Source: Utricularia gibba
Lineage: Eukaryota > Plantae > Magnoliophyta
DNA: 64,000 bases
Assembly: GCA_002189035.1 (NCBI GenBank)
Contig: NEEC01000019.1
Coordinates: forward strand, 620,001 to 684,000
Direction: 5' to 3'
In this document: positions 52,452-64,000 of the stretch, one piece after another
Layout of the letters: each line of letters begins with the position of its first letter
Numbering within the stretch: position 1 is the first letter of the stretch
Position numbers and translations under genes: made by a program
Notes under the pieces: model-generated
What the model saw: only the letters and a program-made list of their open reading frames with translations
Told to the model about the DNA's origin: nothing
Databases searched by the model: none

Positions 52452-53567
52452 TTAAAATTTAAGTATCTACCTCACAATTCGATGCACCATCTGATTAATA
52501 TAAGGGGAAATATGTCAGACATTGAAAAGATTAGGAGTGAAAAAAAAATAAACATGGGTTAGCTTCACTTCATACTTTCAATAAATCATACTTTCTTGTT
52601 GGCAAGCTAATGGTGGAGATGCGCTAAGTAACTCTACTTGGAGATGAAAATTCAAATCAAATCATCAACCTAAAACTCTTTAAGGTGCCTTTTTTAGTCA
52701 CCAATGACTTATAAATGCTCTTTGACTTATAAGTGGGGATGATCACTTTTCAAAATGTCACATGCATCTATTGCTTCCTTGCTCAGTTACCTGAAAAATT
52801 CATCTTTTTTCAACCATCTTGTTTACTCTTAATATTGTTTCTCGTACTAGAAATTGAAATGGACAAGCAGACATGTGATCTTGTTTGCTTCTATGTTATT
52901 ACACAATGGATATGATGAGATATGGAATGCTGCACTTTAGTAAAAGATGACAACTTGATCAATCTCCATCTCATTCGTCAAGTAATTTTTAGAAAAAAAA
53001 TGGACCCTAACTCCATGGATGAGCGCATCATGTAAAATCAAGAAAATGAATTGAGGGTTTTGGATACGGTCCATTCCAATAAGACAAAATAAAAGGTAAA
53101 TCTAAAATGTTAATGGGATCTACAAAGGTATAAGTTCAAATCAATCTTGAAAAAAGAGCACCAAATCAATGAAACAATTTGGAATTTGTGTTTATACAAT
53201 GACTAATTAGAAAATTCATTATAAGAATTTGTAACAATATCATAAAAAGAAATACTCTTTATATCACCTTGTAAAAGTTTCAAATCAATTTTTGAAACAT
53301 AAAATCTAGAACAAATTCCCTTGCTAATATTCCCTGTGATCAAGAATTCTGTTTTTTCCAGTCCCATTTTGAAATTGGTTGAGTTAGAGGATGGCTTTCC
53401 ATTGAAGCAGGGAGCCCAAATTCATAACAAAATGGAGGCAAAATCCCTCTTTTTATAAAGTTGCTGTGACTTTACAGCCCTATACATGTTTCATTCTGTC
53501 TATAAAAGCAGTGAGAATCATTGCGGTCTGCGCCTCAAAGTCGTTGAGAAGAGAAGCATCTAACGCC

Positions 53568-54166
53568 ATGCCGCAATCATCGGCACTTGGTCGACGGTGG
53601 CTTTGCTGCTTCGCTCCCTCTTCTTCTTCTTCTTCTTCTGCAACTCCCAATCGCAAGCTCAGACTCTCACACGTAGAGAACACCGCCAACAATCCCTCAT
53701 CTTTTCCTTCTTCCGTTATCTCTCACTCTCACAGAAAATCCAGCTACTTCACTAGACAGCCGCCGCGGGGGGCGCCGTCTCTGACACCGTTCTCGAGCTC
53801 CGGAAGTCGTTGCGCCCGATCGTCACTAAGGAGAAGGACGCAGTAACCCCCAATAGGCGAAGCAAAGTGGGTGTCTCCCCACGTGGTGGTGTGAGGCTCC
53901 GACCGAACACGCCCCGACTGTGGCGGAAGAGGGAGACCCAGCGGCGGCGGCGACGGCAGGGAGTCGCGGTGGTGAAATGCTCGAGAGATCCCCGGAGAGA
54001 CTTTCGGGATTCGATGGTGGAGATGATACTAGAAAATGGTTTAACGCAGAACAATGAGCTGGAGGAGCTTCTCGCTTGCTACCTTTCACTCAACTCCCAG
54101 GAATACCACGATGTCATCATCACTGTCTTCAGACAACTGTGGTTTGACTTCGTTGCTCCATTGTAA
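53568..54166 (+). CDS. OFP: OVATE family transcriptional repressor, OFP1-like; one -1 frameshift at the G6 run 53767-53772; 199 aa when corrected
   Basis: OVATE domain AVVKCSRDPRRDFRDSMVEMILEN...LEELLACYLSLNS.EYH.VII.VF.Q.W; upstream LRPIVTK and SP.GVRLR..TPR motifs; TATAAAA at 53501. Confidence 0.9.
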
Positions 54167-55410
54167 TTTCCTCTGCTTTTCACATATTTAAAAATATAAA
54201 AAAATGCCTCAAATCCCAATAATTTAATTTATTCAAAATATTTTGCAATATTAAATCATTATATTACCCCACATCCAATTTTAAATTTCAGTATAAAGTT
54301 AGAGTATATGATCAATTGATTAAATAAATATTTAATTACTAAATGTGCAGAGTAGAAACCAATGTATTAAAAAAAACCCTAAATTTTTATATACTTTGCA
54401 AAATACCCTCTTTCTTTCTTTTACTTTGTGAAATACCCTTTTCAAAGAATGAATTTTGCAATATTGAAACTTCATAGCTTATCGAATTTCTAGTAATATG
54501 ATGATGCTTCTTTTCTTTGTGTCCATTTCTACAAAAAAATATGACAATAAAATCATGAAAAAATGAAGTAGCTTTTGTGAAATGCATGATTAGTTGGATT
54601 CTAAGTTTTAAACCCTAGTTTAAAACTAGATCTCTATAACGCCGGTTCGGTTCATCTAAAAATATTAAAATATAAACATCAAATACTAACAAAATAACAC
54701 TAAATAGATTTAATAATATGTATCTTGTATATTTTCATTACTAAAAATGTAAAAATTGAAGTATTATACGAATATATTCACTTTAAAATTGAAACTTCTG
54801 AAAACCTATTAATCATTTCCATTGTTTCATTTTAAATAAATTAAAACTTGAAGTTAAAAAAATTTTAAGTCCAAACCAATAATCGAAATTCTAGTTAATC
54901 CATTCGACTCAACGATTAACCAGTAGGATTAACTAGTCGAGTTGAAATGTCATACTAATAAATAAATAAATTGTGAGAAAGGGTTATTTACCTAATTAAT
55001 TAACCCTAAAATCCATGGAAATCGTGAAGCATGCTCTTGGGAACCAAAGGCTGCTGCGGCGCACAAGACTAACATGCTCTCCTCCTGTGTTCAATGTACA
55101 ATCCACACACTCCTTAATTATTGTATTTATTGTTATTGCAGTCGTGGCAGAAAGGGATTGGCTGGTGAAGGGGATGGGCCTGGGCCGTCGCAGATGAAGG
55201 AATGTGCATTGTAGGCCTAGGCCCACTTTGTCGGGCAAGTGGGTGCGACACAAAAAGCCGCATTTTGTAGTCTCCAGGTACTATCTCTTCAGCTTTCACT
55301 CAAACCCCTGTAAAAAACCTTGCTTAAAAAGCTGCATCAAATTCAAATTCATTTCCAGTAACAACACCCCAGTAGCTTCATTTTTTTTAGCAAAAGATAA
55401 AGTTTTCTAA

Positions 55411-55725
55411 AGAGTCTATGTATGCCAGTGTTCTGTTTTCATAATTTCCTGAAATGATTCTATTTAATTTTTAAGTATACTCATATTTAATTATTCTATA
55501 GTAAAATCATAAATTTAGATTATATGATTAATTTCAAACATTATTAAATTTATTGAATATTAAATAAAAAATTACAATACTTTTAATATATTAAATTTTA
55601 TAATATAATTTTATATTATCTCACAAAACATTTTTACAATCTCAAATTGATTCTATTTAACTAATTTTAAAGCTAATTCTATTTTACATAATATCATGCA
55701 CAACTTCAAATTACAAAGCATACCC
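55411..55725 (+). mobile_element. Tourist-like MITE family copy 3 (left end approximate)
   Basis: The right end TTCAAATTACAAAGCATACCC matches the terminus of copy 2, and the interior is shared with copies 1 and 2. Confidence 0.6.
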
Positions 55726-56483
55726 TATATCTCTCTATGTTCTTGGAGCAAAACCCAATTGAGCAATAAGTGCTTCTAATCCTTTCTGAATATCCAAGAT
55801 CATGGAGTATAACTCTTCAAGTGTTATAAAGCTGCACATACATATAAGAATGATGTATTTGTACTTAGTCTTATTATTTTTTGTGAAAAAGCTGCAAATA
55901 TTATTATTCTCCCTTTTTCAAATTTATGGGATGTCCCCAAGGGACGAATATTATTCTCCCTGTTGTGTAGGATAACTGGGCACTCGGCACCCACAAGCAA
56001 ATTATCAGTCAGATTGTGACTTCAATACTAATTTTTTGTATTAATATATGAAATATGAACTATAAATTACCATTTGTTTATAAATGATTGGAGTAACTAA
56101 CCTGAACAATTTAACTTTTACTAAAACCCATGTCTAATCAGACAATAGACATGTGTAATAAAAAGGATAGGATAAAAAGTGGGATTGTTTTCTTGTTTCA
56201 GATTTATGGGGAATTTTTAAATTTAAATTTATGATTTTGATCAAAAGATAAATTAACAATATCGCTAAAAAAATGTAATTTTATAATCAATTTTTATGAT
56301 AATAAATTAATTCGATACGTTTTAAAATAATTTCTATTTGTGGAAGTAGTAGTAATTATTATAAAATGATTTTTAAGAGAGCAAGGAGACGAATAAATTT
56401 TGTGGGCCGTTTCAAGCATTAAACATGATATGGGCTACAGGTTTATTGCTGTATTGTAACGGGCCGTTACTAACGGCCCAGAA

Positions 56484-59400
56484 GAATATATACCGATTAT
56501 TAAATTTAATTAGAGTGTTTGGTATAGAAAAATTAATATAAATAATATTGATTAATAAATACAATATATTAATAATAGTATACGCAATTAGTAATAACGC
56601 TTTGTCTATCACGTCATTATTGATGACGCTTTAGAAATACACGTCATCAACGATAGCGCTTTAAAACTATATGGTGGTGACTTGGAGTGCACACACCATG
56701 ACACCATCATTGATGACGCTTTGCTTAGGGTTGTAAACGAGTCAAGCTGGCTCGCGAGCTTTTTCCAATTGGCTAGAGCTCAACTCGACTACAACTCGGC
56801 TCAATCGAGCTCGAGCCGAGCCAATATTGAGTACGAGCCAGTTGTCAAGCCGAGCTCGAGCTTAAAATTCAAAGGTTCGAGGCTCGCAAGTTGGCTCGCA
56901 AGTTTTTTTATAAAAGTTTTTTAATAATATAAAATTAATTAAAATACTGTCAAATAAATATATTCAATATGAAAAATGAATTATACAATAAAAATACATA
57001 ATATTTTATTGTTTAAGAAATTAAATCAATTACTATATTAAAAAATGATCTAATAATATAAAATTGAATCTCAACCATACATATTATGTTATTCAAAATA
57101 AATATATGATATAATTAAATATTTTTTGTGGTTTGTTTTTATTTTGATAGTATTGTATTTTTAAATAATTATAATTAAAAATAATATTTTAGATATTAAT
57201 TTTATAAAGTAATTTTGAATTAAAAATTATATAAATAAAAAAATTAATAAAAAAATTCAAGTTGACTCGAGTTGGGCTCGAGCTTGAATCGAGCTCGAGC
57301 TCAAGCCAAGTTTTCCTAGGCTTGACGAGCTTGAGCCTAAAAATGTGTGATTGAGCTAGAGCTCGAGCTCCAAATTTCCTAGAAAGCTCGGCTCGACTCG
57401 ACTCATTTCCAACCCTAGCCTTGTTACATGGCACCATCAATGATGATGCCTCGGTGCTCGCAATAAGCTATTTTTTTGAAAGTAGTTTGAAAACAATCAT
57501 AAATAAAATATCCAAAATAAATAACTCTAACTTGCAATTAATCAAAGTTCAAACCAGAAAAAACCAAATTTATCAGACTATTTTGCTGGTGGAGGATTCA
57601 CTCCTCAATCCATCTCGTTGTGTATTCTTGTGCGATGCTATCTGCCAACAATAGTCCGACGGCGTGTAGGATCATGGTATAGGGTCCAGCTCGGGTAAAG
57701 GATATAGGTATCAAAGTCAAGAGGGTTGAAAACCTCTTCACTATACGTTTGTTACAACACATACAATATATCGAGACTAATCATGAGATCGTCGGCACTT
57801 ACCTTCACCTTTTCAACAGCAGCAATAGCATGAGAGCATGAAACACCATACTTAGTCCACTTTCCACAACTACAAGTCTGATTACAAAACATCACTCTAT
57901 AATGATAACGTCTCTCTTTCCCACGGCTGACGACTTCAATCTTAAATGACATATTTGCCGTCTTGAGTTGACGCACCTTGTGTGTCTTAGCTCGTTCACG
58001 TGTTTTGCCTCATCCGAGAGCGCATGCATACATAGATAACAAGTGTTATACATAAAGTAAAATAATAAAACATTACAAATACTCAAAATTAAGTAACCTC
58101 AAACATAATACCCGATGGTTTTCTATCATCGAGGTGATCTCCTCTTTATGCTCGCGAAGGATGCTAGCTGACTTGTACAACGTAGTCTCAACAATTGTAT
58201 TTGAGGGAAATTGACGGCAAACCTTGAGAATGTTGTTCATGATCTCTCTTGCATTAGAAGTTAGATTCCTGTAGCATATGCCTGAATCATATGAGAGTGT
58301 CCATCTCTCATATGGATCATTTTCCCGCTCAAAGAACCATGCATAAGCCATCGGATTTTTCTTTTGAATCTTTTTGAGGTACATCATCATCTTTTTTGAA
58401 TCACAGGTTGCTCCGGCGTTGTAAGCCATTTGCTTAAATATTTTGCTTCCAAACTTCTTGTTGAAGTTGGAAACATAATGACGCAAACACCAAAGTGGGT
58501 CAGAAGGCCTTTTTGAAACCTAGCGTAATTTCTCACAGCTGCAAGCGAGCCAACAGCTCTGTCCGAGATTATACTACCCTAGCCTCGACAAAAAAAATGT
58601 TCATCTAGCAAATCCATAAACCAAAGATATGTATCTCTACTCTCCTTGTCGATGAATGCATAGGCTAACGGTAGGATGTGACCACCTCAATCCTTGGTAG
58701 TGGCCACGAGCAACTTGTGGTCATAACGTCCATATAAAAAGGTGACATCGATCATAACAATAGGCCTGCAAAACATGAATGCTCAAATAAAGGGACCATA
58801 GGCCCAAAAAACATAGTGCATGATTTTATGATCATCTCCTGCAATAGTGGGAAAGCAGTCCCACGAGATCACTGTACTTGGATTGGTTTGCGTGATTGCT
58901 AGAAATAATACAGTTAGCTTTTGCACTGATAATTCTCATGTTCCATAGACCCACTCAAAAGCAAGTTGAGCACCGTACCATGCACATTCATAAGTAATCT
59001 TCTTTTGATATTTTTCAAAAATGCATTTTCGAACATCTGCAACCTTAATCTCTACAAAAAAGAAAAGTTATTAAAAATATAAACTATGTAAAAAAAAATT
59101 AAGAAATATTTAAACTATACCTTCTTCTCTATGTGAAGTATGCATAAGTTCATATCCAATGAATAAACTAGAAAGGTTGCGATGTTGCGCTCCATCCATA
59201 TATGTCATGCAAGTATGTGAAAAGTCACAGACCGATATTTTCCAAACTCCATCACGTGCAGATCGCATAATCCGTATGCGCCTCATATCCTCGTTTTATA
59301 TGATAGTGGGCAACACAATATTGAGGATGAACTTTACTAGCAAATGCAATTTCCTTATTCAGCATGTACCTTCTCATCGTATCGCCTATATTTGCCACCA

Positions 59401-60298
59401 TATTTAAATTCTTCGAATATGAAAGTGTTTACTAGATTGTTTTGGATAGAGGGTATTCCTCTCTCACGAAACACCCCGGAGAATCGTCGAGAACGAGATC
59501 CGGGCAATTGTACTGCACAAGGTGCCTCAATTCCGGTCTCTGGTTCTTCGTCCACACAAACATTTGTTGGTGGGGCTTTAGAATCCTCACTTGAGTCGAT
59601 GTCTCCACCGTCATCATCAAAGACGTCCATATCTTAAAAAAACAATTAATGATAATAATTTCATATATTAAGACTTAATCTCACTAAAATTAACTTCTAT
59701 GGGGAATACTTCAACCACATTCACACTTGGATTGTTATCATGGTTTAAAGATAATGATAATTGAAGACTCGGAAATGCATCTACAATACAATTAATTATT
59801 ACAAATATAAAAAAATGGATGCCTTAACATATGTAATAAAATAAGTACTTCCATAATTGACATTTGGCATAGTGGTGCAAGGTCATGAAGGAGTATGTGA
59901 ACTTTCAACTTCATTGTAGGGCAAATCAGATGACATTCCCAAAAAATCAAAAAAATCGCTAGTGTATTTATCCATTTTGAAATGGTAAAACAAATATATG
60001 TAATCAATTATTGTATAATTATTATGAAATATAAAAATTTAAATAAATAATACTATAAAATGAAAAAACGATATTACCAAAATTTTCTTCAACTCCGATT
60101 CTACTCAACTTTGAAGATGAATGAAAAAAATTGTGAAGATGTAAGATATATGTTGATGCCACTACTCATTGCGGATATCAAAGCACCACTATTAGTGGCA
60201 CATAATATTATTAATATAATGATTTTAGTGAACAATATTATTTATATTGATTTTTCTGTTTGGTACATGGATTTTCAGGTGGGTTTGGTAATATACCC
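56484..60298 (-). mobile_element. Decayed Mutator (MuDR-type) element with long TIRs and a disrupted transposase at about 57640-59640
   Basis: TIR cores at 56526-56620 and 60160-60257 are inverted (AGAAAAAT[T/C]AATATAAATAATATTG...TATATTAATAATA...GCTTTG). Transposase motifs on the minus strand are IDVTFLYGRYDHKLLVA...PLAYAF (DDE), IISDR, CLRHYVSNF, WTLSYD and the SWIM finger CSCGKWTKYGVSCSHAIA, with stops and frameshifts. Outer ends are approximate and no TSD was found. Confidence 0.85.
56726..57417. mobile_element. hAT-type MITE, 692 bp, nested in the MULE subterminal region
   Basis: TIRs TAGGGTTGTAAACGAGTC and (reverse complement) TAGGGTTGGAAATGAGTC; dense CTCGAG/GCTCG subterminal repeats; 8-bp flanks GCTTTGCT and GCCTTGTT (6/8 match, degenerate TSD). 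Confidence 0.85.
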
Positions 60299-60654
60299 AT
60301 TATTGGTGCATGGGTTGCAGGACACCATTATTCAATTTACTTAAAGTTTTTGGATTACATTTTTTTTACGGGTTCAACTTTATTATAAAAATAAAATGAT
60401 TATCTCAATTTATTATATCTAATTTCAAATTTTTTTTATGAAAATTATAAATTTTTTCCAAATAGATCATGGATTGAAATTGTGGCGTAACCTCACAGTC
60501 ATTCCTAGGGTTTACTAGGCTCCATCTTCCAACTACCCATGAGCTACAGCTGTGCCTATCAATGCATCGTGCTTGTAAACACCGCCAATTCTACCCTATA
60601 TAAACTCGGACTCCATTGAAGCATCAAGTAAACGCTTTTTTGCACGAGACATCC

Positions 60655-61095
60655 ATGGCCGCCGTGTTGAACCTCCTCCTCCTAGCTCTCATCGCCACCG
60701 CGGCGCATTACTCTGCGCCGGCGTCAGCCTTCACCTGCGGCGATGTCGATAAAAACTTGTCCCCATGCATCAGCTACACTCTCGGTTCAGGAACCACTGT
60801 CCCGAAGCCTTGCTGCGACGGAGTCCGGGCGGTGAACTCGCTCGCCACCACCACTGCAGATCGCCGTACCATTTGCAACTGCGTGAAGAGTGCCGCCGCC
60901 GGTTACGCCAACAACCCCCGCGCCATCGCCAAGGTTTCCGGAATTCCAGCCGCCTGCGGCGTTTCTGTTGGCTTCTCCATCACCACCAACGTCAACTGCA
61001 ACACGTACGTGTTACAGAAGTGATTATTATTACCTATTTATTGTAACAGAGAAGAACTGAGGACTAACTCATCTGCTTCCTGCAGCATTCGTTGA
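60655..61095 (+). CDS. LTP: Type 1 non-specific lipid transfer protein; exons 60655-61004 and 61086-61095
   Basis: Signal peptide; 8-Cys motif C-x9-C-x14-CC-x19-CxC-x24-C-x13-C with DRR; canonical short terminal exon; TATATAAA at about 60597. Confidence 0.95.
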
Positions 61096-62373
61096 TCGAA
61101 GAAGGAGGCAGAGCCGCTGGCATCTCCAGGCCAACGATGAAACCAGTAGGAGTAGTAGTGAAAAAGGCGCCATGGATCCATCTGCATGATCTGAGATGGA
61201 CGGAGTATTTGTTTTAGTTTTTCTAAGGTGATCATCGTTCTCCAGTTTAGGTTTCCAGCAAGCTAGCGCTTTCATTCATCTCATGTCCCGGCTCCAAAGA
61301 TCAGTCAGGAAGTTAGTGAGAATATTGGTCATTCTATCTGTTTGATTTTAATTGAAAGTGATATGTTTGTTTCAGAAAATGATCTCATCAATCAAATGGA
61401 ACGAATCAAAATAAGTAATCTTTATTGAAATTAAGAATCCGATAAATCAAATAAAATCACATTAAAATCAAGTATAAAATAAATATTAGATACAATCTAT
61501 TACAAATTATTTATACTATTTTATATAATTTAACGTATCATATTAATTTTTCAATATAAAATTATTTGTTCTAGTTCTAAATCACACGTTCATTCATTCT
61601 ATCTAAATTCTAGATTATCTCATTTCTTAAAATATTTTTAAAATTTAACTAAAAATTATTAAATCCAATTGAATTCATTAAAAAAATAGTTCAACTAAAA
61701 TCCATGACTAAATCGAATAAACAATTTTAAAACAATTGTACTTCCAACAATGACCCAAATAAGATCCTCTCACCATTATTAATTTGTGTCATGACGTCAT
61801 TTTTATCTACTTCAGCTTATTTAAAAAATAATACCTGACTTTTTCTTATTATTTCTAAAATATAAATGACATTAATTCGATATTATTTTTTAAAAATATA
61901 ATATTTATATACCATTTTAAAATGTGGTCATGACACTCTTAAATATTATGAAAGAAAAGTATCTATTTTGTTATGATGAGGATTCGATTTCCAGATCTGG
62001 AGGCAACGAGGCCACGTTGGTGGTAATTAATGGGGTTAGTTGGGATTAACTCTTAATTAATCACGCAGCAGTAAACGTCGTCGTCTTCCCACCGGAGGAC
62101 TGCCTTGCCCTTGCCTACTGGTGAATAATTGGGTACCTCATTTTCATGCATTTACTTCATTTCACCAGCCTACCTTCCTGCAACGCAACGGATCCCGATT
62201 CCCAATCACTGTTGCGTTTTGATGTGCATTCATTGCGCATTTGGCTCCAACTTGAAAAGATTCTATCAAAAATTGATGATCTTTTCTTTTTTTCTGGTGC
62301 GAACGGAGATTGGGATGCACGCCTCTATCTATATAATGGGGGTCTGGTGGATCGCAGGACGCACTCGAGTTTA

Positions 62374-62818
62374 ATGGCTGCGGGTTCAAAGGTTTTGCTT
62401 TTGTCGCTTATCGCGGCGGCGCTGTTTTCCGGTCATGGGGTGACGGCGGGGGTTACCTGCGACGTGGTGATCTCCGGATAGCGAGATGCATCCCCTACGC
62501 TTCCAACCCGAGTAACTCATCTCCCACGGTGGACTGCTGCAAGGGGTAAGGAATCTGAACTCCATCGCCAAGACTACCACCGACCGTCAGAGCGTTTGCA
62601 AATGCCTCAAAAGCCTCGCCTCCGTCTACCCTCCGAGCACCGCCATCAGAGCCGCCACGATTCCCGGGAAATGCGGCCTTTCCATTCCATACAAGTTTGA
62701 TGCCAGCATCAACTGTGCCACGTAAAATGCTCTGAATTCTAAGATCTGACAATGTTGCTGATTTGTAACATCGCACCATTTTACAGCTTGATTTGTTTGA
62801 ATTTTCAGGGTGCGGTAA
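62374..62818 (+). CDS. LTP: Second type 1 nsLTP (tandem paralogue); exons 62374-62721 and 62809-62818; two -1 frameshifts (62474-62477, 62543-62546)
   Basis: Signal peptide MAAGSKVLLLSL. The corrected frame reads TC..VIS.IARCIPY...VDCCKGVRNLNSIAKTTTDRQSVCKCLK...IPGKCGLSIPYKFDASINCATVR. Confidence 0.88.
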
Positions 62819-63668
62819 ATGCTCGGTGGCATGGCGATGGTGCCTGCAGGAGAAGAAGACACCGCTATTAAAATAAACCTCTGTCTTCTTTCATGTGGAT
62901 GGATGTCTGTCTGAGTACAGAGAGGGATCTCTTCTCTTGCAGTCATGTAACCCTGTTCTTTTTCAGAAGTCATCACTTTCACCTTGAAATTTGGAGACCC
63001 AACAGCTCCAGAGAATGCATAACCTCCCAAATAAGAAACGCAAAACACTTCTCAACAATTCATAATCTTGGTCAGTTTATATCTCATAAACCAGTTGCCT
63101 TTACCATCAAACAGAGGCACTGCAAATCTCCTCTTCTAGAAGTGGAAATCAACTGATGTTTTAGATTCTTCTCTTCACAATTTTAGGAACTTTCTAGAAT
63201 ACATTCATTGCCACTTTGGACATGAAATTCTGTGCTGCTTCAATCCAATCAATTCACTCTTCCTTCTAGAAACGTGTCACCTGCATGCACATTCACCGTC
63301 CACATCTATGCAGGTCATGGCCCTGTGGATGAGATTCTCGTTCACCCATGTGCAGGATACGGGAATCATTTCATCGTATCCAGGCCGGGTCGAACCGGAT
63401 CTCTAGGTCGAGAAAACCCCGAACCGAGGGACCGGTTCACTACTTCGGTTCGCGGGGTTTCCGACCCTTGTGCCGTGTCCACGTATCAGAGTTTGTGTCT
63501 TTCTAAATTACATGCATGATGTGATAAAAAGGGAAAAGCAATGTTACCGCAATGGATGTTTTGGTGGGATGCACCGAAACCCTAAGTGGGAATCTACTCC
63601 CAGTCCATCTCTGGTCCAAAGCCCCAATATAAATAACGTTCTGCACATGCAATTGAATGAGTGGCGAG

Positions 63669-64000
63669 ATGATGTACACTGACAGCCTTCTTGTCCCTTT
63701 AAGCATATTGTTGATGATAGGATACCACGGCCGTGTTTGGTACCGCTTGAAGCACGCGCCGTCGGTCTCCGCCGTCAGCCGGAAAGCCTGGATCCGGGAA
63801 CTCCACCAGGTTGTATCTCAAACACCCAAAACTCCTAACCGTAAAAAAAGTACATTTTTATTGTGATTTTTTTACCAGGTGGAAGCTTGAACTTGTGTTG
63901 TCCAGGGAGATGACAAGAAGGCTATGCTTGTGGTTCAAAGCTTGAGAAACACCCTCATGGGCGCCATCCTGACGGCCTCCGTCACCGGCCTCGCTCTCGC
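63669..64000 (+). CDS. DUF599-family membrane protein, 5' partial; exons 63669-63809 and 63906 to the window end
   Basis: YTDSLLVPLSILLMIGYH...W, then GDDKKAMLVVQSLRNTLMGAILTAS after a GT-AG intron. Confidence 0.85.

Noticed and set aside
55005-55230. Telo-box-like AACCCTAA followed by a 60-aa ORF and an acceptor-like TTGCAG
   Set aside because: No recognisable peptide in any frame and no convincing donor, so it cannot be supported as a gene.
4865-62546. Programmed ribosomal frameshifting or mass pseudogenisation as the explanation of the broken ORFs
   Set aside because: The sites are plain G/C runs in unrelated genes with no shared slippery heptamer or downstream structure. Uniform 1-bp loss is better explained by consensus error.

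Overview
Gene-dense eudicot plant nuclear DNA with no prokaryotic features and no CRISPR array. In order, the window holds: an Athila-like Ty3/gypsy gag remnant, a TBL O-acetyltransferase, a plastid-type MATE (DTX44-like), an Abraxas/MPN-like gene, MIR164, an unrecognised miRNA-like hairpin, CASPL4, a methyltransferase with a candidate conserved uORF, TOL (VHS-GAT), RAPTOR, an ASG8-like gene, a saposin-B gene, an NST1-like pseudogene, a PUB16-like U-box ligase, an OVATE-family gene, a decayed Mutator element with a nested hAT MITE, two tandem nsLTPs and a partial DUF599 gene. All calls come from manual translation, splice-site reading and recalled family motifs; no database search was run, and Arabidopsis locus IDs are from memory. 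Main leads: (1) a TATA-led hairpin at 11184-11323 matching no miRNA family I recognise; (2) a RAPTOR upstream AUG that is either a 54-aa uORF or an in-frame 33-aa N-terminal extension depending on donor choice; (3) seven -1 frameshifts, all at G/C runs in otherwise intact genes, most likely assembly errors.
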